Of a DNA stretch of 64,000 nt, positions 1 to 8,691 are shown in pieces. The stretch spans positions 5,916 to 69,915 of the IMG/VR virus record IMGVR_UViG_3300026549_000004. One strand, written 5' to 3'. Below the pieces are notes generated by a model. The model had not been told where the DNA came from. It worked only from the letters and a program-made list of their open reading frames with translations, and made no database searches. How positions within the stretch are numbered: position 1 is the first letter of the stretch; each line of letters starts with the position of its first letter. The position numbers and the translations under genes were made by a program. The DNA is from a virus. Lineage: Duplodnaviria; Caudoviricetes.

Positions 1-1
1 C

Positions 2-304
2 GAGAGGATATTAGATCGTTATGACAAGGATTCTCCCGACAATAAAATCATTTTTGAACGGTACATAACAAAGCGATATGCAATCATAGAAGTCCTTAAC
101 AGTGTGGTGCGAATTGCGAGAGACACACAGTATGGATTTCCTGCCGAAAAATCCGAGGATGGCATGATAGCAGAGTGTATATGGGATGCTATCAGAGTGG
201 CAAGAGGAACAAGCAGATATGGGGAGGTTCTGCCGATAGGCTCAGAGCCTGTACCGAAGATTGATGCGATGAAAGAAGAAGAACAGGGAAAGGATAAAAA
301 ATGA
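2..304 (+). CDS. Hypothetical protein, 5'-truncated by window edge
   Basis: Frame is open from base 2 through the track ORF 104..304; stop overlaps the dUTPase ATG (ATGA). Confidence 0.6.
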   Translation, partial: ERILDRYDKDSPDNKIIFERYITKRYAIIEVLNSVVRIARDTQYGFPAEKSEDGMIAECIWDAIRVARGTSRYGEVLPIGSEPVPKIDAMKEEEQGKDKK

Positions 305-813
305 GATTTGAAAAAGTAACCTATGAAACATTCCAAAGAGACATGACTAAACACGGTTTCGGATGGATGCCAGAACAGGAGATACAACAGGCATGGGAAA
401 ATATCAAACTGCCTGTGAGGAAAACGAAGTTCAGTGCAGGTCATGACATATGCACTCCCATAGATTTTCACATCCTGCCACATGGGGACGTTGTTATACC
501 TACTGGAATCAAGGCTTATTTTGCCCAAGATGAGATGGAGGCATGGCACTTAGAACTGTATGTGAGAAGTTCCGTTGGAATCAATAGAAGGGTCGTTATG
601 TCCAATCAGACAGGCGTGATAGATTCCGACTACTACGGCAACGAGGACAACGAAGGAGATATGTTGATTGCTTTGACCAATATGAGTGATCACGTAGCAA
701 AGTTCAAGGCAGGAGACAGAATCATCCAAGGAATTTTTGCCTTACATGGAATAACAACCGATGACCATGCCTCTGGTGAGCGTGATGGTGGAGTAGGATC
801 AACAGGAAGGTGA
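301..813 (+). CDS. dut: Trimeric dUTPase
   Basis: Motifs SAGHD, RSSVG, GVIDSDYYG, GDRIIQGIF and C-terminal RDGGVGSTG. Confidence 0.95.
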   Translation: MRFEKVTYETFQRDMTKHGFGWMPEQEIQQAWENIKLPVRKTKFSAGHDICTPIDFHILPHGDVVIPTGIKAYFAQDEMEAWHLELYVRSSVGINRRVVMSNQTGVIDSDYYGNEDNEGDMLIALTNMSDHVAKFKAGDRIIQGIFALHGITTDDHASGERDGGVGSTGR

Positions 814-833
814 TACCATGAAAGGAAGGGAGA

Positions 834-1010
834 ATGACTAAGGAAGAATTAGCAGAATATCTGCGGAAAAAAGGCTATGATGCTGTGGTAGAAGAGGGAA
901 CAGTTCATGTTCTTGTAGATGAGCCGATGAGCAAGAAGGAGCATAGGAAATTTGAGAAAGACATCAAAGAATCCGGGTACAATTCCAGCTACGGCTGGCG
1001 AAGAAAATGA
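834..1010 (+). CDS. Small hypothetical protein (58 aa)
   Basis: RBS GGAAGGGAG then ATG at 834; open to TGA at 1008-1010 (below the track cutoff). Confidence 0.6.
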   Translation: MTKEELAEYLRKKGYDAVVEEGTVHVLVDEPMSKKEHRKFEKDIKESGYNSSYGWRRK

Positions 1011-1212
1011 TTCTTTCGTTAGGGAACATCCGACATTGGGCAGAAAGAATGCCATCGGATCTCATGACAGCTTGTGTTGGTACTGCGACAATGCGTTAGG
1101 TGGATGCTCATGGTCGATGGATTTTGAACCTGTAGACGGTTGGGACGCAAGGCACACGGCAAAATACAATGCCTACAGGGTGTTCAACTGTCCACGGTTT
1201 GTGAGGGGATGA
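952..1212 (+). CDS. Small Cys-rich putative Zn-binding protein (start uncertain)
   Basis: CWYC...C...CP pattern common in Clostridial phage accessory ORFs. Confidence 0.55.
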   Translation: MRKTSKNPGTIPATAGEENDSFVREHPTLGRKNAIGSHDSLCWYCDNALGGCSWSMDFEPVDGWDARHTAKYNAYRVFNCPRFVRG

Positions 1213-1213
1213 T

Positions 1214-1438
1214 ATGGCAAGCGTAAGATTTGACAGAACATCGGATGAGTTTCGATTCTTTACGGAGTTTTGGCAGATGGTACAAAAATACTATCTGCCG
1301 GATGATTCCGCAGAATATTGGGAACCCTTGCTGACGGACGCAGCTATGCTTGGCAAAAAGTATGACGGGATCTTCTATCGGAACATCATCCAGGGATTCC
1401 TCAACTATGCGGAAGAGTATTGTAAGGAGAAAGAATAA
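1214..1438 (+). CDS. Hypothetical protein
   Basis: RBS GAGGGG, ATG, and translational coupling to the next ORF (TAATG). Confidence 0.65.
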   Translation: MASVRFDRTSDEFRFFTEFWQMVQKYYLPDDSAEYWEPLLTDAAMLGKKYDGIFYRNIIQGFLNYAEEYCKEKE

Positions 1439-1596
1439 TGCCAACGATCAAGATCGAGGATGCCGTTAAGGTCGCAGTCGAGTATTTACGTCGGCTTGAT
1501 GAAGAATACGGCATAGAGACTGATGACGGATACGAAGAAGCCACGGAAACCCTGACAAGGTGGATGACGGAAATGGCTGAACTGAAATCGGAATAA
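1438..1596 (+). CDS. Small acidic hypothetical protein (52 aa)
   Basis: ATG overlaps the upstream stop; open to TAA at 1594-1596. Confidence 0.55.
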   Translation: MPTIKIEDAVKVAVEYLRRLDEEYGIETDDGYEEATETLTRWMTEMAELKSE

Positions 1597-3583
1597 CAAC
1601 ACTAAATCAAAGAGAAAGGAGAAAACGCCTTAATTTACATGGCGTACGACACTTTCCTGAAAATGCACAAAGGAGAAATGGATAGAAGACCTGTGATGTA
1701 ATGTTGCAGGTCTTATTTTTTTTGCCATTTTTTAGAAAATCACCCTTTTTGCGAGAGTGTCACCCTTCATTTTTTCCGTAAAAAAAAACGGGACCCCACC
1801 CACCCTTAATTTTTCGCACTGAAAATAACAGACCCCCACCACCTTCCGGGCGTTGCGTGGGTCGCACAATAATTCCAAAATTCTCGCCTTGATTCTACAC
1901 ATTCTATTTTCGCCAAATTCGGCTTTTAACTTTTCAACGAAGAAATACTCAAAGAAATGATTCAAATGGAAAATTGAACGGATTGAGATGTCACAGAGTC
2001 GATCACCACAACCAATGAGAGCGTCAGGCAGATGTGATCCGCACTGGACAGAAGCCGTTGGCTTGTTCGTGGCTTACCAAGGATCAGCTGCCGAAAGATT
2101 TGATTACTAATCAAAGCGTAGCTTTTGAAGTTTTTGAATTTTTGGAATGATCGATTTTGGCATCCGAATTCGGCTTTGAATACGAAAGCCTGTCAAGTTA
2201 TTGAAAGAAGAGCAAAACTGCGAAATCGGAAAGATTGCAATGTGAAGCTGACCAAAACCGTAACCAAGTATTGCGTTGTGAGTGGGAGAAACTTCATAGA
2301 TTTTTCGGATGTGTGCGAGAACCGCACCTAGGACGTGTCTGCCAGAGGCGTGGCACATACGATGGATCTGCATACGGATGCGACAGGGGAGTGCTGTGGA
2401 ATTTTTGAAAATTTTTCGGGTCTGTCGGGGCGATGCTCCCAAAATTTTGCACGCCTTTTAACCCCCGGGGAGGGTCACCCCCTACCCCCGAAACCCTCAA
2501 AACAAAAGTCTTAAAACGAGAGTTGCCCAGATTTTTGAGATTTTCGATACCAGAAATGTTGTTCCTGGAAATCTCTCCCAAAAGTGATCCGGCTGGGAAA
2601 TGAGGTTGAACCTGTGTTTGGTTTGCTGTTTTTCCTGGACTTTTTGCCCGGTCCGGCATAGATCTATCCAGCGCAACGATTGTTAATAGTCCAGCTTGCT
2701 TTTTCTATCAATACTTCCATAGCTGCAGACAAGTCATAATAGACTATATACAGATAACCACATTAGAGAAAATGTTATTGTTATATAGTCCTATATAGTC
2801 AAACCTTGTCTAATAGCCTTATATGGCTTTTAACGGGCTTTTGTGGCTTTATGCTATCCCTGTATAGCTTATATATAGCCATAGCTTAAAAGGGCTTATA
2901 ACAGGCTTAAAAGGCAAGTGTATATCATGGCATAGCTATAGCATGATAGAATAGCCTGGATAATACATAGATATATATAAGATTATTAGAGGATGTTTAT
3001 ATATTTCTCTAATTTGCCCCGGCACTATTCCAGGAATAGAAATAATCTGGAATAATTCACAACGCTTTATAATAGCCCTGTTTTGCCATGTATTGCCCTT
3101 TAACGCTTTGGGCTATACTTATATAGGCTATAATCATATAAGGCTTAAAACGCCTTATATAGCCTTATAAAGGCATACGGCAATTTTTGCATAGTCCGGC
3201 ATAGAATAAACCTATGGTTATAACGGCCCTGGAATAGTCTTGTAAGGCTTGTATATCCTTTTGAGCTGCAGAAACATAAAATATACCATAGCAAGCGAAA
3301 ACAGGCATAAAAAGCCATATAAACGCAATACAGGCATAGTAAACCATATAGTATACCGGCAAAAAGATATAATAAGCCTGTATATCATACTATTATAGCA
3401 TAAGACCATAGCACAAGGAAAGCTATATATAAATATATACAATTTTCCCTTGTTTGGCTGCCATAATAGCATATCCGGGAAAGATCTTTATCAAGTTATC
3501 AAGGTACAATCTGCAATCATTGCAGAAAAAGCCCTTTTTAAAGTCATGAGCTTTTGCCGCCTGGAATACGGAAAAAGGCAAGG

Positions 3584-3610
3584 AAAAAAGCCCCGGAAAA
3601 ATACCGGGGC
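3584..3610 (-). terminator. Intrinsic terminator closing the minus-strand early operon
   Basis: GCCCCGG/CCGGGGC stem followed on the minus strand by a U-run. Confidence 0.75.
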
Positions 3611-3617
3611 TATATAC

Positions 3618-3746
3618 CTATTTATTAACCCTATTATAGATATATCCATCAAGGACATATTTATTATAAAAGGGCACCGCATTTTCATTTCCATATTCTT
3701 TTTCTTCCTTTGTTTCTGGGTCTACCCATGTGCGTAAAATATTCAT
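3618..3746 (-). CDS. Small early protein (42 aa, MNILRTWVDPETKEEKEYG...)
   Basis: RBS AGGAGGG, ATG, TAG; same leader as the two upstream ORFs. Confidence 0.6.
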   Translation of the reverse strand: MNILRTWVDPETKEEKEYGNENAVPFYNKYVLDGYIYNRVNK

Positions 3747-3757
3747 TTTTTACCCTC

Positions 3758-3847
3758 CTAAAATCTATTAATATAGTTATAAAGTGCGATATAAAGAATA
3801 TGAATAGCAATAACAGATAATTCTACAATGATAATGTTGCCTAACAT
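3758..3847 (-). CDS. Small hydrophobic peptide (29 aa, MLGNIIIVELSVIAIHILYIALYNYINRF)
   Basis: RBS AGGAGGG; single hydrophobic stretch. Confidence 0.55.
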   Translation of the reverse strand: MLGNIIIVELSVIAIHILYIALYNYINRF

Positions 3848-3955
3848 GTTTTACCCTCCTATATTAAATTGTTTTTAGTTTCCACACCGGCCGGAAAGAT
3901 CCGGCCACGCTTGCGGCCTAAATGGCTTTTTATAGTCGCCGCAACGACTGAAGTA

Positions 3956-4366
3956 TTAGCAATAATAAAGCTCCTGAAAACAATCGTTGATACTTTCAAT
4001 TACTTCTCTTGAAAGTTCGTATTCTGCATAATCGGTCCACCAATACAATTTTACTTTCCCGTCATTAGTATCAATGTAAATATTGGGACCGCCGAAAGCT
4101 ACTAACAGTTGCACGCCGCAAAGCGTTTTATCGCTGCTAATTGTGTATTTAATGTCATATACATCTGAAAAATAATCCCACATTGTAAAAGGCTCTACGT
4201 CCTCCATATCTTCAGTGATATTATTTTCGTTAATTATGTCCCCGTCTTCAGTCATGTAAACCGTACCCGCTGCTATAGCCTCCAGCTCTTCAGCGATATG
4301 CTTACAATGGTTATAGTTTTCTTCAGTCATAACGATTTCCTTTTTGATTGTTAATTCTTTTGTCAT
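3956..4366 (-). CDS. Highly acidic early protein (136 aa), possible DNA mimic
   Basis: RBS AGGAGGG; by hand count 29 D/E versus 9 K/R; first gene behind a consensus promoter. Confidence 0.8.
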   Translation of the reverse strand: MTKELTIKKEIVMTEENYNHCKHIAEELEAIAAGTVYMTEDGDIINENNITEDMEDVEPFTMWDYFSDVYDIKYTISSDKTLCGVQLLVAFGGPNIYIDTNDGKVKLYWWTDYAEYELSREVIESINDCFQELYYC

Positions 4367-4448
4367 AATAAAACCCTCCTATAAAATCCGGCTTTTTGCC
4401 GGTGGCGTTTCCAATAGCTGGAAACAACTGTTTTTTTAACTTGTCTGC

Positions 4449-4477
4449 ATTATATCTAATAATAGATATTATGTCAA
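4449..4477 (-). promoter_or_regulatory. Perfect sigmaA/sigma70 promoter with overlapping inverted-repeat operator
   Basis: Minus strand reads TTGACA-N17-TATAAT; ATATCTA-ATAA-TAGATAT inverted repeat in the spacer; related copy at ~4484-4503. Confidence 0.85.
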
Positions 4478-4572
4478 GAGAAAAATATCAAAAAATAGAT
4501 ATTTTTTTTAATTGCTTTATTTTCTATTATGTGATATCATTTTTATATATTTTTAGATTGGAGGAAAAAAGA

Positions 4573-4800
4573 ATGATACAATATAAAATTGATATTATTG
4601 CAGCATTGAAAGAACATGGATATACTCCAGGCATGATAAACAAAAACAGACTTTTGCCGGGGCAAACAATGCATAATATAAGGAATGGCAAAATGGTATC
4701 AATGGAAACATTGAATAAGATTTGTTGCATGTTACGTCTCCAGCCTGGAGATATAATTGAATGTATTCCAACGGATGCAGAAAAAATAAAATATTATTGA
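4573..4800 (+). CDS. Cro/C1-type HTH regulator (75 aa)
   Basis: RBS GGAGG, ATG at 4573; ...IRNGKMVSMETLNKICCMLRLQPGDIIE is a typical XRE-HTH C-terminus. Confidence 0.85.
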   Translation: MIQYKIDIIAALKEHGYTPGMINKNRLLPGQTMHNIRNGKMVSMETLNKICCMLRLQPGDIIECIPTDAEKIKYY

Positions 4801-4810
4801 ACATGAAAAC

Positions 4811-4840
4811 AGCCCGGATTTTTTCCGGGCTTTATTTTTT
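4811..4840 (+). terminator. Intrinsic terminator after the HTH gene
   Basis: AGCCCGG/CCGGGCT stem plus T-tract. Confidence 0.75.
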
Positions 4841-5137
4841 GCTGTTTTTAAATTGTTTGAAAATTCTGTATAATGGGAAATTCTATTGAACTATTTTCGA
4901 ATATCATTATAATTGCTTTTTGAGTTTGAATAAGATCCAGGGCAACGCCTGTTAACAGATCCGGCCCGGTCCCCGGTGGATCTTATGGACTTTGGCAAGG
5001 ATCTGCAGAAACTGGAATTGTGACGGGTCCTTTTGCCGGGTCTGCAGACGTTTTCCAGGCCCTATAAATATATGTATTAGATATATGTATATTCTGTATT
5101 GTGTGAGATGTATTTATATATATAAAGGTTTGATATT

Positions 5138-5821
5138 ATGGCAAGACGAAAAAAAGCAGAAGATAATACAGAAGTAAATAATAATCCAGTTATACAGGAT
5201 GACATAGACTATTATTTTATAGAATTCTGCAATATGCATAATATCAAAGATATATATAAGATCCCGTCAACTCAATTTGTAGCGGCTCTAATATATATAA
5301 ACCATAAATATATAAGACCTAACAGGATTATATATAATAATGCTTTAGCTGGATATAAATATAATTTATTAGCTATTGACCAATTAGTTGATAGATTTTT
5401 ATACATGTCTTATATGTATAATCAACCTATAACCTTGTTAAACTTCTCTCATTTTTCTGGAATAGGTTATGAATATATTTGTAGGTGGAAGAATGATAAT
5501 AATGTTTTTGTTATAGATCTATTAGATTGTACGGATAATAAATATATATATAATATCAAGAACTTGTTGCCGGGTAAAAATAAACTAACTATTAGCTATA
5601 AATCAATGTACGAAAAGTTGATTAGTAATCAAATAAATAACGCGGATCTATTAGCAAGTTATAAGTCCGGTGTAAATAGTATCGCCTGGGCTAATAGAGT
5701 GCATGAAAGACATGACAAGGACCGAAACAATAACAAACCTGTATTTGACATGGTTTCTGCTGCTGATTCTTTAGGGATAGCGGATAAATTGCACGCATTG
5801 GAAGACAAAAAGCAACAATAA
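5138..5821 (+). CDS. Candidate terminase small subunit / DNA-packaging protein
   Basis: Basic MARRKK start; lies upstream of terL and no other terS candidate is present. Assignment is positional inference. Confidence 0.4.
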   Translation: MARRKKAEDNTEVNNNPVIQDDIDYYFIEFCNMHNIKDIYKIPSTQFVAALIYINHKYIRPNRIIYNNALAGYKYNLLAIDQLVDRFLYMSYMYNQPITLLNFSHFSGIGYEYICRWKNDNNVFVIDLLDCTDNKYIYNIKNLLPGKNKLTISYKSMYEKLISNQINNADLLASYKSGVNSIAWANRVHERHDKDRNNNKPVFDMVSAADSLGIADKLHALEDKKQQ

Positions 5822-6095
5822 AGTATCATTTATCAATATATAGTTGTTTAATACAACTAACAATCAATATATTGTGTTGCAATTGTGCGCGAAAGAGTAA
5901 TTTTGCGACGAGTTTATGCTTTAAAGGATTAAAGCGAGCGTTTCTGGTTGACCGGGGGACACTGTTCGCCACCCATGTCAAGGTCGGGGGTTAGTCACTC
6001 ATCGTTGTACGGCACTGGTTCTTGTGCCACATAATAGCTATATATAATATATATATTTACACCATACAACAACAGTATATAGAGGACATATACCA

Positions 6096-6201
6096 CCACT
6101 ACATATAGGAGTTACATATAGACCACGTATATACACTACATAACTTACCATTGAATATATAACCACTACATAGTGGAAAGCCATATAGAATACCACTACA
6201 C
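6096..6201 (+). repeat. Four (C/A)CACTACA(T/C) direct repeats
   Basis: Copies at 6096, 6133, 6163, 6193 (spacing 37, 30, 30). Confidence 0.75.
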
Positions 6202-6227
6202 ATCATATAAGCAAAGGAGAGATATAT

Positions 6228-6416
6228 ATGAGTAAAGTATGTTGTAGCTGTAGGTCCAATATAGAGGTACAGGAGATATATGTAGTACCTTTAGAATTTG
6301 GTGGAAGAGATATACCTACGAACAAGGTACATATCTGCAAGAGGTGCAAAGCATTGTTAGACAGCATGACACCGGAAGATCATGCGGAAGAATACGAATA
6401 TGAACACAACATCTGA
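6228..6416 (+). CDS. Small Zn-finger-like protein
   Basis: CCSC...CKRC; RBS AAGGAG. Confidence 0.65.
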   Translation: MSKVCCSCRSNIEVQEIYVVPLEFGGRDIPTNKVHICKRCKALLDSMTPEDHAEEYEYEHNI

Positions 6417-6585
6417 TCCGAAAGAACACACAATCAGGGTTCGTCTGAATGATGAGATGTATGACCACGTTCTGCGGAAGTCTGCCGGAAGGACGATATC
6501 TGACTATATACGATCCATAATTCAGAGAGATATATACCAAGAGCATTTTCAAAAATCCGAAAATTCTAAAAAGGGGGCTATATGA
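6400..6585 (+). CDS. Ribbon-helix-helix-like DNA-binding protein
   Basis: TIRVRLNDEMYDHV...TISDYIRSII RHH pattern. Confidence 0.65.
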   Translation: MNTTSDPKEHTIRVRLNDEMYDHVLRKSAGRTISDYIRSIIQRDIYQEHFQKSENSKKGAI

Positions 6586-6812
6586 TCGAACCAAGAATCA
6601 GAATAGAAAGTGACGGGACATTCACCAGGCTGTGGATTAATGATGTAGAAATACCCGATGTAACGATGCTTGATTTTCATGCGGAACCGTTTTGGGCAAG
6701 CTGCGAGTATTATCAGCACAAAAAGACCGATGGTGGCAAGTACATGATCCACGGTGGTGATATTCTGTCGGAGAAACATAAAGTAGATTTTAAGTTAAAG
6801 GAGCAACAATGA
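6582..6812 (+). CDS. Hypothetical protein
   Basis: Coupled start/stop overlaps on both sides. Confidence 0.65.
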   Translation: MIEPRIRIESDGTFTRLWINDVEIPDVTMLDFHAEPFWASCEYYQHKKTDGGKYMIHGGDILSEKHKVDFKLKEQQ

Positions 6813-6940
6813 AGAGAGGAATCTTAGAGACAGTAGCTGCGATTGTCTGCTTCAGCGGATTGATTGCCTATCAGAACAATCCGTACTGGCTGATCCCGAT
6901 GGTTGCACTGGTATTTATATTTTTGGGGTTTAATCAATGA
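6809..6940 (+). CDS. Small membrane protein (43 aa)
   Basis: RBS AAGGAG; two hydrophobic segments. Confidence 0.55.
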   Translation: MKRGILETVAAIVCFSGLIAYQNNPYWLIPMVALVFIFLGFNQ

Positions 6941-7115
6941 GCGGAACAGAATTTTACAAACACGCCTCTGCGGTCAAGCAGGCATATGTAGAAGACATAG
7001 ATTTCAGACAGGCGGCAATTGCAAGCGTTTTGTCTGCCATAAAGGAACTGAAGGGAAGTCACAGTGACGAGGAAGTTGCCGTGGCAATCTGCGAAAGGTT
7101 ATTTGGTGATTCATA

Positions 7116-7388
7116 ATGAGCAATACACAGGAACATAGCAAGGTTTGCACGAAGCTCAATCAGATTTACGCACAGAAAAATGCAGTTTACGGGGATGCCT
7201 TTGGCGAAACCTACGATAAACTTGGTTTGATTTCTGCGGTTACACGCATGACGGACAAAATCAATCGGCTTCAGACCATCTGCCGGAATCCCGACATCGA
7301 CACAGGGGATGAAGCTGCACTCGACACCTGCATGGATCTTGCGAATTACGCAATCATGACGGTGATGAAGTTACAGGAAACAACATAG
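7116..7388 (+). CDS. DUF1599 / nucleotide-modification-associated domain protein
   Basis: KNAVYGDAF...TRMTDKINRL...DLANYAIM signature. Confidence 0.75.
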   Translation: MSNTQEHSKVCTKLNQIYAQKNAVYGDAFGETYDKLGLISAVTRMTDKINRLQTICRNPDIDTGDEAALDTCMDLANYAIMTVMKLQETT

Positions 7389-7517
7389 GTGTATTCGACA
7401 CCGATTGCTTTTCTCATTTCTTTTACCTCTTGTGGAATTCAACCTTGGTTGTGGTTTTCTTAACCCCTTTCCATGATCAAGCCGTGACAGGCGGCAAACA
7501 CAGAAAGGAGCATACAT

Positions 7518-8051
7518 ATGGCACGATTGAAACTTTCTCCTCCGTGGGACATCTATTATCGGGAATTAAACTTATTGTTAGGATCAGATCCTGAGATCCA
7601 GATTCTATACGATGAGTATGAACAGGAAATCAAGATTTATTCCGAAAACGAAGCCAAGACCGATGCATTGAACGCCATTCTTCCGTCCGAGAAGGGGTTC
7701 GGCAATGTCAAGCTGACCATCACAATTGTCCCGGCTAACAGCAAACGGCTGAGAACCAAGGAATACTCACCTGAGTTGTTCGAAGACTTATTTGAAGGAA
7801 ATTCATGTGTCGCTGACATTGAGCATAGCACCGGCATTTACGAAGCAACATACGTTGTCTTTGTGAAGGAAGTTGTCCAGTACCACAACGATGACATCGG
7901 AGACATCAACGGCAACTGCTCTACCCTGTATCAGGATATTGCTGAAAGGATCTTTGAGAATCATCCCGGAGTCCATTTCTGTACAGCATCGTTACCGGAA
8001 CTTCCCTTTATGACAACGACCGCAGAGGCTACTCGTTACGGTTGCGTGTAA
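7518..8051 (+). CDS. Conserved phage hypothetical protein
   Basis: RBS AGAAAGGAG; 177-aa ORF. Confidence 0.75.
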   Translation: MARLKLSPPWDIYYRELNLLLGSDPEIQILYDEYEQEIKIYSENEAKTDALNAILPSEKGFGNVKLTITIVPANSKRLRTKEYSPELFEDLFEGNSCVADIEHSTGIYEATYVVFVKEVVQYHNDDIGDINGNCSTLYQDIAERIFENHPGVHFCTASLPELPFMTTTAEATRYGCV

Positions 8052-8060
8052 TATAGAGTG

Positions 8061-8143
8061 CGGCAGATATGCAAGTGGTTAAAGCAGGCAGACTGTAAAT
8101 CTGTCCCCTTCGGGGTTCGATGGTTCAAATCCGTCTCTGCCGA
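8061..8143 (+). tRNA. tRNA-Tyr(GTA), long variable arm, C1:G72, no encoded CCA
   Basis: Cloverleaf CGGCAGA/TCTGCCG; D arm TGC/GCA; GCAGA-CTGTAAA-TCTGT; T arm GATGG-TTCAAAT-CCGTC; discriminator A. Confidence 0.92.
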
Positions 8144-8640
8144 GTTTCCCTGACGAGGGGTTGTGTGGACGCACACAAGGCAACAGGCCGTGGGTTTAGC
8201 AACTTGCGGTATACCTAAAGATGCTTGGTATTGTTGCCAACCGTCCAACCGCATGAGGTGAGGAGGTTAAATAATACCCACATGCACATTGCTTAGATTA
8301 GTGAAACATCGAATGGTGCGTAGCTGGTTGGTTGAAAGCTATTCCAAGGCAGTGAGGAAGTAAACAACATTCTGTATAGCCCTATAATCATCAGTATGAG
8401 CCACGATGATCATGTGGTTTTGGAATTCCTGAGGACGAGTGTGCCGACACTTATAAAACGGCTGTGAAGTCCATCACGGATAGACGGAAACGGACATAAC
8501 ACAGTATGGGAACTGATGTGTCGCTTGTACATCGGTGGCAGAGGGGGAATGCACTGACCGAAAGCTCTGTAGAGTAGTCGGAACAGGTCGAGTGGTTCAA
8601 ATCCGCTCCCGGTGTAGTGTGTGTTTGGTATCCAAATACA
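8144..8640 (+). ncRNA. Candidate large structured ncRNA (GOLLD/ROOL-like class)
   Basis: ORF-free; many nested stems, a potential pseudoknot and a 3' T-loop hairpin GAGTGG-TTCAAAT-CCGCTC; located between tRNAs. Confidence 0.65.
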
Positions 8641-8691
8641 TTACTCTACCTTTCGTGCGGTCTTGGGGAGAACCGTAAATCTCCCCAACAT

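Noticed and set aside
7389-7517. Possible antisense mini-ORF or regulatory RNA before 7518
   Set aside because: Only short hairpins and an anti-SD-like run; not enough to call.
8150-8460. Hammerhead ribozyme cores (CTGACGA at 8150, CTGAGGA at 8429)
   Set aside because: No GAAA follows the candidate stem II and no stem I/III arrangement could be built.
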